Source: Paraspadella gotoi
Taxonomy: Eukaryota; Animalia; Chaetognatha
Assembly (NCBI GenBank): GCA_051294375.1
Contig: CM119269.1
Span: forward strand, 13,766,767-13,830,766
Length of the DNA: 64,000 nucleotides
Reading direction: 5' to 3'
The stretch's first letter is position 1. Every line of letters begins with the position of its first letter. Below, in pieces: positions 53,801 to 64,000 of the stretch. The notes under the pieces are model-generated. The model saw only the letters and a program-made list of their open reading frames with translations, searched no databases and had not been told where the DNA came from. Position numbers and translations under genes: made by a program.

Positions 53801-56800
53801 AAAAAAATATCCGGTGTTTTTGTTAATCATTTAGCCTTGTTAAAAAATAAATAGCTGTAAAAGGTCTTGCTTTTTATTGTCGCAAGCGCTTGCAACGATT
53901 TTGTGACGATGGTCCAAATAAATGGCGTCGTCATTGTTCCAAATTTATATATAAAATATCTTTTCATACAATTGAAACATTCTTTGAAACATTATACCAC
54001 TTCATTGATAGGGAAGCCGGGTACTCTGGTAGTGAATAAACAAGACTGTGAGAGAGTATTGATTGAAAGCTTGTAGGGATCTGCTATGTCATTATCTTGT
54101 AAGAGGATGATGATGGAGGCCTTAAACCACCAAAGCCTGTCCAAAGTCAGGGGCAAGATGGCTTGTTTATTAAATGAATATATAATTTTTATATTGGTTG
54201 TACCAATTTCATAAGTATTTCATAAGCTGAAAATTTAGAAATAGCCTCTTGTCGTCAAGGTCTTTCTAAATTGATAATTTCATAATAATATTTTTGTAAT
54301 ATTTATTAGCTAAAACATTTTAAATGAAAATTACTACGTGGATCTTTCCTTATAATTATATGTCGCTCTTTCTCAGTCGCTGCATCTTCTGATTCGTCCA
54401 TAAACGAGTTGATCTTTGCACTGGTTGAAAGTTACGCGTCTCTCTCTCTTTTTTTATCGTCGCAATCGCTTTGCGTTTGCGACGATCTCGTAACGCTTTT
54501 GCGCATAAGTGGCGTAGGCGTCGTCGTCGGCGTTCCGACTTATCGATCGCCTTTTTGATGATAGAAATCTACTATGAAATTAAATTCATTAGGGGCGGGG
54601 GTTCAAAACTTTAGTCATGAAGTCTACTTTTAGGTAAAAAAAGAATTTTTTAAAAAAGTTCGATTTTAATGCTTTTATTATTGCTATTAAAATTACAATA
54701 TTACTATATAATGATAAAAATTTTTTTTAATCAATCTTAACTTTTTGATTCTGATAGAGCATAAAAAGTTAAATAAAAAATATAACTACAACTTTTAAAA
54801 ACTTTTATGTTTTCTTGGTTAAAATTAAGAAAAAATAATAAAATTATCAAAAGATGATGATGATGATGATTATAAATAGTTTTTCATATTTTTCACACAC
54901 TTATGATCAAAATATTGAAAAAAGAATTATACTTTGTGTAGACAACTTTTTGCAAGCTACCTGAATCTGATCTTAAAAATAAAAAAATTCTAAAAAAATT
55001 TTTAGCCTTTTCTATTAATAAATAAATATTAAAAAATTAATATATGGAGTATGGAATAATATTAAAATTTGTTGTCTAGTCAAATTTTTTAAAAAATGTC
55101 TAAATTTTTGTTTGAGCAGGTGCTTAATTCAAATTTCTTAACCACCTTACTGAGTTAGGTTCCCCCTATTGATGATTTGATTAAATTTGGGTGTATGAAG
55201 CTGAAAATTTATATACAGCTTCTCATCCTCGAGGTCCTTGAAATTGGCTGAGGACAGTTATTAAATATGTTTTGTTTACGTTTTATCAAAACAAACCAAT
55301 TTTCTGAAATTTAGTTATTATTTTTGTATTATCATAAGCTAATTTAGTCACATTTGTTTTTCTCAAGGTCGCGAGGATTTCGGTTACTGGAAAACCGACG
55401 ACTACGAGGCGGCGTTGCGGCGCTGTTACGAGGACGACTTCAGGCGCGCTCGAGATTTTCGCGCCGCCATTCAAGGCGCCGGTTCTTGGCTAGACTTTGG
55501 CACCGGCCTCGGTGGCGTCGTCGTTGAATACTTAAAGCTGCACGAAAGCGACGCCGGAAATGGCCATTGCGATTTCGACACCGCGAAATGCCTGAGAAAG
55601 GACGCCGATTGTGGAAACGGCTTCAAAGGCGACGGTGCTCCTCTCTCCGGCACCCGAATCGGCGTCATAGAGGTGCAGTCCGGCGCCGTTGCAGCGCTGA
55701 AGCGCCACCTGCAGCCGAGAGGCGTCTCCGTCTTCACGTCTCCAGAAGAAATTCCAGAGTCTCAAAAGTTTAGACTCGTGACGATGTTTCACGTTTTCGA
55801 GCATTTGGACGACCCTGTGGGGATGGTGAAGAGGTTGGCCGAGAAGATGGAGGATGGCGGAAGGCTTGTTGTTGAAGGTGAGTGGGAGAGTGAGCGGTGG
55901 AGGGCAAAAAAGGCTGTGCGAAATTCGTTATTTTAAAATTTGATTGTGATTTAGATATAAATGGTTATCTATTAGGTAATTTCCTTTTTTTTCGTTGCGT
56001 TTCGGAATTTGTGTACAAAGTAGTTTTTATTTTGACAAACAACGAAATATTTATTTAACGTTAATATATCGTTGTTTGTCAAAAAAAAATTATCTGCTTC
56101 GTACACGAAGTTATAAATAATAAAATGGAAAATCATTCATTACGTTCTCTCAAATTACAAGCTAAACAAGATCACAAGATCAAATAAATAAGTAATATTT
56201 TTTATCGGGAATGAAAAATGCTGTTAGTTTAGTTATTAAAATTTTAAGTTATTCCCCACTCCCTTCACCCTCGCCACTCACTTCCCCCAGTCCCTCACGC
56301 CAACGACGCCCTCATTCGTCCCGACGCCTTCGACTCCCAAGTCTTTCGTAGATTCACCTTCTGGAAGGAACACCTCGTCCTCCACACGCGTTGCAGCCTC
56401 CGTGCTTTCTTGGAGGACGCCGGCTTCGAGGTGGAGACTATCCAGGGATTCCAACGATACCCCTTGGCCAATCACGTTGGTTGGTTGAAGGTAAGGTTGC
56501 GCCATTGCAAAGTTTACCCCGCTTGTAGACATCGTTTACCCAAAGGGTCACAACTGAATGAACAATTTCTCAATTAACTTTGCAACGCGATCACATGTAA
56601 ATAAAGAAAAGGGTTATCTTACAACTATTTTATAAAAGTAAGCAATAATATGCAAATAAGCTTTGAAGCGAGGCTTTAAAAAAAAGAGCAGTCCAGCAGC
56701 AAACGTTCTCCGTGTTAATCTCTAATCAACCTCCCATCGTCCAGGACGGAAAACCCGGTGGACACAATCGGCACTCGTGGCTGCGCGACGAGGCGCTCGA

Positions 56801-56903
56801 GGCGGCCTACGCGGATTTTTTGAAGAAGAAAGACGCGACTGACACAATCATCGCCTTTGCGAAGAAGAAGGCGCGAGGAGAGGGAAAGGAAGGGGGAGAC
56901 TAG
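47892..56903 (+). CDS. Class I SAM-dependent methyltransferase, bacterial-like, 4 exons, 358 aa
   Basis: Exons 47892-48099, 55368-55877, 56291-56490 and 56745-56903 splice in frame with GT-AG. Motifs DDFRR, WLDFGTGLGG (motif I), GVIE, FRLVTMFHVFEHLDDP, LVVEVPHANDAL, FTFWKEHL, QRYPLANHVGWLKDGKPGGH, DATDTII. The link to exon 1 rests on phase and plausible N-terminal similarity. Confidence 0.85.
48318..48480 (+). repeat. About 160-bp dispersed repeat (also 52522-52665, and inverted 54047-54212)
   Basis: Shared aaattggtacaaccaatataaaaattat...tcttgcccctgactttggacaggctttg. Here it sits inside a copy of the CCTAAC-array element (48150-48660). Confidence 0.8.
49921..49968 (+). promoter_or_regulatory. 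Probable astacin promoter: CRE palindrome plus TATA box
   Basis: TGACGTCA at 49921-49928 and TATAAAA at 49962-49968. A non-coding exon ends at cacag|gtaaac (50068), with an acceptor near 50198 before the ATG at 50235. Confidence 0.55.
50235..53577 (+). CDS. Secreted astacin (M12A) metalloprotease with an EGF-like domain and three PLAC-like repeats, 13 coding exons
   Basis: Signal peptide MKLFFLFIIAAFSIESGRA and a prodomain. Catalytic domain LWPKGIIPYKF..KTCIRF..GCYSWIG..HEIGHLLGLRHEQNR|LDRDTYV..YDYLSIMHYG..INDMYGC. C-terminal repeats end in CCESC, CCWTC and CCKTC. TAA at 53575-53577. All junctions are GT-AG and in phase. Confidence 0.93.
54590..55168. mobile_element. MITE of the TAGGG-terminated family, inverted relative to 1071-1552
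   Basis: taggggcgggg ... ggttcccccta ends, with internal similarity to 1071-1350. Confidence 0.55.
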
Positions 56904-57197
56904 AAATAATGAAAATAGTAAATAATAATAATAACATGAATATCAAATCTTCCAGACTAAGTGTACTGTGATTTTTCCAGGCCTGTTTTTATTTTATTCT
57001 TGCTATATTTTATTCCAGATTTCGTTTAAATTACCTTTAAAGAATATACTGCTTTTATCTTTCATACTCGGTTACCTATTTTCAGTACGCATTTTACGGT
57101 AAACCAATGTTTATAACGATACGAATGTACACACAAAGATAGATAAAATTACAAGCTCGCGATCAGATTCTTTCTTTGGAATAGATCTGTCTTCAAA

Positions 57198-60100
57198 TCA
57201 TTCTCTCAACGCTTCAGCCGCAGCTCCCGCAGCAGAATCGCAGCTTCACAGAGCAGGGTGAGAAGCTGCCGACCTCAAGATTCGATCGTCCATGACTTCG
57301 CCTAAGCGCGACAGCGAATCGTGCGCTTGAGGATATTCGTTTCGAACCTTAAGTGAAATTTGATGAATTTTGATGAACCTTGCTGTCTGCTGATAGAAAA
57401 GGATTGGTAAACAAGTTTGTTTACACTATAATAAAGCTGAGGGCGTTATATACAGTAGTTGTAGTCAAAATATTTTACAAGCCAATGTTTTAAGTAAGTT
57501 GACATCTCTTCAGAACGCCAAATGTATCGTAAAAATGTTAAAAATATTAAAAAACAAATGAAAAAAAGTAATCAAAGCCCCTGGACGCACAACCTTGTGC
57601 ACGATATTTGAGATTTGCTGCATTCGCTCCATCTGTCTGTGCAACTCTTTATCGGTCGCCTGCTCCGACTTGAACAGCGGTACGTACTTCTTCTCTTTGA
57701 TCTGATCGTACCTGCACGTACAAAGGAGAGAGTGCGGACAATTGACAAGGAAAGAGACAAATTGGAGGCGGCGTAACTGAACGAAACCATTTGCTCTTTT
57801 GTTGGTAGGCGAGGAGCCGATGAAGGTTGACAAGTTTTTGTTTTCCCAAACCGACGTTGTCGCCCGAAACTTTAGTGTATTCGTTTTTTAGTTTTTTGAC
57901 TTTAGACTGTAACGATAAGTGAAGAGTATGTTGATATCTATTTTTCTCTCTCTCTCCCGCTCTCTCTCTCCCTCTCTCACTTTTTTGTTGCTAACGTCCT
58001 CCGTCATCCTTTCGCGTTTAAATTGATATTTCAACAAATCCTCGTCGGCTTTTATCACTTCTCCCAAATATTTCTTAATCTTTTCTAGTTTTGGGGCAAA
58101 ATTCAAAGTTTCGCCATTTTATAAAAACCAATATTTTTAATTTGGAATTAAATTTAATAAAACTTACCTTTAATGGCCTCATTTTCCCTCATAAATGCCG
58201 ACTTTGTTTGTGACTTTCCTTCCCAAGGTTTGAAGGGTTTGTTCCCGCTAACGTGAATCGTCTCTCTGTGAAAAAGCCAAGACCCTTATATAATATCTAT
58301 ATATCTATATATATATATATATGTTTCTCTCTCTCTCCCTCTCTCTTTCCAACACATCCCTAACCTTCTCGCTACGGATCGTTCCATGTCTTTTATCAAC
58401 AGCTCCTGCTGCTGCTGCAACTTCGTCAGTTTGTACTGCATCCGCTGCACCTCGTGCTTCATCATCCCCATCTCGCCTATCGAAATAAAAAAATGACCCG
58501 TATGTAATCAAAAGCAGCTTCTTCACTTTACGTATGCGATAGAAAATAATGACCTTTTCCCAGTTCCTGGACGGACTCTTTCATTTCCTTCTGCACCATA
58601 ATCTTTCTCTCCCACAGCATACCCTGGTGGAAGAGTTTAATTGCTCAACTGTATTGCAATTTTTTTGACGAAAACTTTTTGAGCGAACTGTGATCGTCTG
58701 GCAACGGGAGGAATGCCTGTTATGCCCGGGGCGTGTGGTATCTCACCAACTGGCGTAGGGGCTGCGGACCCTCAGTGACCGCCTCCTGTCACTGCCATGT
58801 TTAGACAGACTCGGTCACATATAAGCCAGAACCGGGATACCCAGGGATTGAACCCGGGACGCACGGTTGTAACGAATTAGATTTAACCTGCTCAGCCATT
58901 GAGACAGCAGTGAGGCAGCTTTAAGTCTTGCTGCCAAAGTAGATCATTTTTGGTTCCGCGTACAAACGTTGCATTTAGGAAAAAAACGACTCTTCCACTA
59001 TTGTTCAGTTGTTACTTACAATGTTGATTAACTTTGTACCACAACACAAATTAGGCCGAACGAAGGATTGGTTAAAAACATCTCCACCCATTTCTAATGA
59101 TAAAATAGTACCATTTTGGCAATTTTTAGCCAAAAAATATGTCCATTTTTGTCCATTTTTACTTTCGACTTCTGATTTGAATGCCAAGGAAAGTTGAGAA
59201 AAATTTTTTACTTTGGAAATCCGTTCTTTCTTATCTTCTTTACCTCTGGGTAAATTTTTAGCTTAAATCCTTTATAGTTTGCCTATAAATTAATTTTAAA
59301 GTAACAAGTCAAAAAGTTGGAGTTTCAGTCTTTATCATAATTTGTTAAACAAAAATAAATCAAATTGGTTGAAATTAACAGAAAATGTAGCCTATTGAAT
59401 AAGCTTTTAACACCTATAAAATTATCAAAAAAACTTTTCTGGTTTAGCCACAAATAATTTTTAAAGACGTCTTTTAATTTGTGACTTTTTGTGACTTGCA
59501 TTATTTTTTTGATAAAAGAGAATATTTTCAACTCATTTATTAGTTTTAAAAGATGAGGTACATACTGACCTTGATTAATAAAAAAAAACCGCATCCTTTT
59601 AATCCACTGGAAAGCATCAGGACTTGTTTTTTTCTCAAAATCGACAGATTTTGCGGAAAAATTTTCCGCAAAAATCTGTCGATTTACTAAATTTGCTAGG
59701 CAACCAAAATTGAAAGAAAAATCATGCGCTACCATTCATTTTCTTTCTTATAATGCTTATTAAAGAATTTCTTTGATTTGGCTCAATGTAAATGTAGTGA
59801 GAGTGAAGACGAAAGGGAAAACTATAAAAGAGAAGGGGAGAGAATGAAAGAGAGGGTGAAAGGCAAAAAAACGAAGGCAAATGGGGAAAAAATAGTGAAA
59901 CAATTGTAAGGTAAGAAAAGAGGGGAAAATGGAAAGAAAAAGAGGGGAAAAAAAGGGAAAGAATGAAAATGAGAAAAAAAGGTGAGGAAAGTGCATGAGT
60001 GACCGAAAAAGGTAGGGGCCAAAAAAATGGTAAGTGACAGCGTGAGAAGTAAGGGAGGAAAAGAGGAAGAGGAAAATATAAAGTAAGAGAAGAAAAGAGG

Positions 60101-62804
60101 TGAAGAAAAATTATCAGGAAAAGCGTATGAAAGAAAAAAAATTGTATCAGATAATGTGGCGTCTTACCTAAAATCTTTTGTGTCAGTAAAAGACATGAGG
60201 ATTCTTATAAGGAATTCGATCTTTAAAAATCATCTGTACCATAAAAATTCAAGCATACTTTTTTCTAAAATTAAGCAGTTAATGCGATTAGATTGACAAG
60301 CATTGAAGAAATCATGTCTTACCGCATTTTTAACTCATAGAAATTTACATGGGAAGTTCTAAGTGATAGAAGGAGATAACTTGAGACTACCGTTTTTTTA
60401 AATGAAGAAAGCTTCGTACTAACCAATGAGATCAAGAATATGGTAATTATTGAAGTTCAGATTCGTTGTCTAAAAGACACCGATTGTATGCGAAACCTTT
60501 TATCTTCTTTCTATTTAGCGCTAATCATTAACCGTTAACCGTTAAGGGTAAGGACGAAGGAGGTTAAGGTTAAATAAAGATGGTTATTGGTTAGGGTTAG
60601 AGCTCTAGAGCGTTAGGAGTCGAAAGGGTAAGCCGTCTGAAACGTTTAAGGGTAAAGTGGATAACGCGTAGTAAAGGGAGGGTTTAAGGATAGGCAATAA
60701 TAGTAATAATCGTTCTACTTTTCTAAATTTCTTTTTGACACAGATATATACTTATTCAAGATGTTATGCTACAAAAAATACTTATTAAAAAAAGATCCTT
60801 GAAGGTTAAACAGTATTTGCCGCCATAACTTACCTGTTCCCAAGCGTCGGTAAGGTCGGACGTCAGCGACGCCTTCTCCGCCTCGACGCCTTTCAACTTT
60901 TCTCTCAGGCGAATCACGTTTCTTTCTAACTCACCCAATTCACGAAACTGGGGAAGAAGAGGAGGGAAGTTTTGAGTCGATATTCATTTGTTTGTTAATT
61001 ATTATATATTTTTTATTGTATTATCGAACGGAAACGCTCAATACGAATAAATTCTTTTCTTGTTTCTTTATTTTGCATCATCCTTCTTTTTGTTTCACTT
61101 GCTTTATTCTCTTTTCGTTTAGTTTCCTCTTGTTCCTTTTTTTCTCTACTCTTCTTTCTCCTCCTTTCTGTCTTCATTCTGTCTTCATTCTGTCTTGTAT
61201 ACTATACTTGCTCCTCTCTTCTCTTTCTCTTCTTATTCTTTTTTTTCATTCTTTTTCGTTTCCTATACTTTCCCTGCCGTCATCTCTACGCTCCTTTCCT
61301 TTCCTTTCCTTTCCTCTCCCTTTTCTCTCCTCTCCTCTCCCTTTTCTCTCCTCTCCATTCCACCCCCCCTCCCCCCTCCCCCTAACCGAGAACTCTTCCT
61401 CCAAACTGTTCCTCCGCTCGGTGTTCTCTTCCTCCCTCTCCGCTTTGTAGAGGAGGAGGTTGAGCCTTTGAGAGTCCGACCTCATGACGTCGCAATCGCG
61501 TTCGATGTCCGCCAGTTCCGATTCCAGTTCGCCGATCACCTAACAGGGAGAGGAGGGGGCGTTGGAAGGAGTGCAATGATGAAGTGACGCTGTGGATGCC
61601 TTACGTTCTTACCTCACGTCGTCCAATGTCCTTTTAGCCTGTCCAATCTCTAACCTTGTTCAATGTCCATCTCTTGCCTTGTCCGTCCCCTTCTGTCCCT
61701 CTCACTTTGTCCGTCCCACGCCGTGTCCAATTGTCCATCCCTTTCCCAGTTCGTACCAATTCTTGTCCATACATTATCCTGTCTACTTAGTTCATCTCTC
61801 GCCATGTCCATTTCGCACCCTGGCCATATGTCAGTTTGTCCGTCTCCGTACCCTGTCCATCCTCATCTTTGTCTTCTGCGATATCATGATCTTCTTCCCC
61901 AGCAAAGTCACTTCGGCGTCGACTTCGTTGTATTTATTCTGCCAACCGACGAGCTGCTGCTGCAGACGCAACCATCGCTCTTGACTCTTGATGGTCTCCG
62001 CGGCCAGCTCGTCGATGGATCTATTCAGCTGAAGGGTAAGGTAAGGTAAGTTAACTAAGTTCGAGAAGCTAAGCGATAAAATAATCAACCAAATTTAATT
62101 GACAACGTTCATCCCGACCCTCCAAAAATTCCGATACCAAAACTTATGAGACTTGAAACAATTCAATGTAATTTACTAAAATCGCAACGAAAAGAGAATA
62201 TGAAGAAAGAATTAATTAATATGTGTTCGCAGGGGGAGAAAGGTCTATGCAATCAGTTTTCTCTCTCCCAAACAACCTGCTTGATGTGGACCTCGAAAGG
62301 CCCCAATTCTTCGCCTCCCGTCGCCTCCATGAATCCCGCGATTTTGTGCATCAAATTCGTGATGTTCACCTGAATACAAATAATATAATTTATTAATGAA
62401 TTAAAAAAAACGAAATCATTCATCTTGATCATATTTTCGAAAAAAAGCCCAATTTCTGCTTGCATTAACTTAAGTTAAAAGTTAAATTAAGGTTAAAGAT
62501 TATATCAGATTAGATTAGGCTTTGGGATAAGTGTTAGGGACTATGTTTATTTAATATTTTAATTTAAATATTAAGATAAAAATTAAATTTAAGGATTAAA
62601 GAACAGAAATAGGGCACTTTCGAAAAATAGTACCCATTGACTACAAGCAAAAACCTGCTTCCTCTCTATGAGATTGTTCCGCCTGTTGAATTCCGCTTCG
62701 GCCTTGTCCATGAACTCGTCTTGTTCCTTCAGCTTCACCTGATTCTCACGGATTTTCTGTCTCATCATCTCCAGGCCCACCTGAAGCTCCGTTATGGCCA
62801 GGCC
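57198..62804 (-). CDS. CCDC40: Coiled-coil domain-containing protein 40 (3' exons; the gene continues upstream)
   Basis: Spliced peptide NNLIERKQ|VNITNLMHKIAGFMEATGGEELGPFEVHIKQ|LNRSIDELAAETIKSQERWLRLQQQLV...KMRMDR|VIGELESELADIERD...LWERKI...GEMGMMKHEVQRMQYKLTKLQQQQELLIKDMERSVARR matches the recalled CCDC40 C-terminal half. TGA at 57200-57198. Confidence 0.85.
58700..58905 (-). mobile_element. tRNA-derived SINE
   Basis: Minus-strand A box TGGCTGAGCAGG and B box GGTTCAATCC. The body is homologous to 62860-63065. Confidence 0.7.
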
Positions 62805-62859
62805 CTGCAAGGGGAGAACAATAATTTTAATTGGTTGCGCCGCATTGAATAAATTACAT

Positions 62860-63065
62860 ACTATGGCCACGGGGAGACATGTGTGATGCCCGGAGGTGTG
62901 AGGCATCTCGCGACAGCTGGCGCTCATGGCGTTGGACCTGCAGTGACCACCCCATGCCACTAGCGTGTTTATGGCATCACCATCACACTTTAACCAGCGT
63001 GACCGTGAGGGGATTGAACCCGAAACAAAAGGTTGTCCGAGCCAATGGGACGAGCTATACCGAAT
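62860..63065 (-). mobile_element. tRNA-derived SINE related to the 58700 copy
   Basis: B box GGGTTCAATCC. Shared body ggtcactg.(a/g)ggtcc..gcc..cgccag.tg..gagat.cc.cac.cc.cgggcat. Confidence 0.65.
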
Positions 63066-64000
63066 CGATTTTACGATCTCTTGACCCCATTTCCACATGA
63101 TCACGTGATTACTTATTGCATATTAAGCATCTTATGGAACGGGGCGTCTAACCCACCGATAGTATCGGACTACAGCCCGATCTGAAGTTCGGGACCTTGT
63201 GTGCAGTGGACGGGAACGCTTCGCTCACTCCCCAAATCCTCAACCTTTAGAACGATCTCGTGTCTAAGGCCGAAGCTGCTCTTTTCTCACAATTCTCGTT
63301 TTTTCTCGAGTCGAACTGTTTTCATCAAGAAGCGTACGCCTGGATGAAACAGGCCAAAGGATCATTTTAGCGTTAAGATTAAGATATAAATAAAGCGTTC
63401 GCCTGGAAAGGCAAAGATTATTTTAAGCTGTTCCGTCCATAGATGATTGGATTGGTTATTTTAAAGCTTTAGTTTATATAAAATTTGAATTATAATTATT
63501 TATTAAAAAAAATGATTGTAAGAATTTATCTATCAATACACCAGATGATTACGTACGACACTGCAAAAGTTTTAATGTACCTGTCGATGTCTACCTCGTA
63601 TATGCCTAACGTGAAAACAGTGAAAATTGACATTTTCAGAAAATGGGAATATTGCTGTAATTCTTAATTGTTTTAAAGAATTGAGTACATTAATCTAATT
63701 TACAAAATGGTCGTATTTGTAAAGTTTTAACACAAGTTTTTCCATTACCTTAATTCTAAAAATTTATTATTAGTGTATTTTCCCTTTGTTTCGTTTAAAT
63801 TTGAGATGAAAAAAGTTTTTCTTTGTTTTCTCCACGAAATTTTAATGAAAAAAATCAGACACGTTTCGATCTTAGTTTCATTATTAATACGTTAATAATT
63901 ATTGATAAATGATTATGCCTAATACTCATCATTGATTCGTTGTTATTGACAATGTCTTTTTAATAAAAAATCTTAAAAGCATAAGGAATCGAGCCTACTT

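Noticed and set aside
58830-58905. Functional tRNA genes (also about 37780 and 63000)
   Set aside because: A and B boxes are present, but there is no proper cloverleaf and each is followed by a shared SINE body.
61613-61830. Extra CCDC40 mini-exon in the GTCC-rich intron
   Set aside because: The flanking exons already join in phase 0 and match CCDC40 without it.

Overview
AT-rich, intron-rich animal DNA, probably arthropod/crustacean (inferred from gene families and a TCAGT initiator). It comes from a noisy long-read draft: there are four N gaps, a roughly 4.3 kb false duplication at 1.7-10 kb and an A-rich junk block at 24.8-29.1 kb. I reconstructed these genes by manual splicing. (1) A minus-strand gene whose product joins several DM9-like lectin repeats to a C-terminal SOCS box. 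(2) A tandem cluster of type II membrane glycosyltransferase-like genes: one complete copy, one partial copy and two extra terminal exons. (3) A frameshifted Maverick/Polinton protein-primed DNA polymerase B with flanking orphan ORF remnants. (4) A 4-exon, bacterial-type SAM methyltransferase (HGT candidate). (5) A complete 13-exon astacin-EGF-3xPLAC-like protease nested in intron 1 of that methyltransferase on the same strand. (6) The 3' part of CCDC40. (7) Two exons 45 kb apart that splice into a G-alpha-like N-terminus. Introns carry DINE-1/HINE-like Helentron derivatives, hAT and Tc1/mariner-type MITEs, tRNA-SINEs, a solo LTR, and degenerate hammerhead- and twister-like motifs. All family assignments are by eye from motif recall; no database searches were run.
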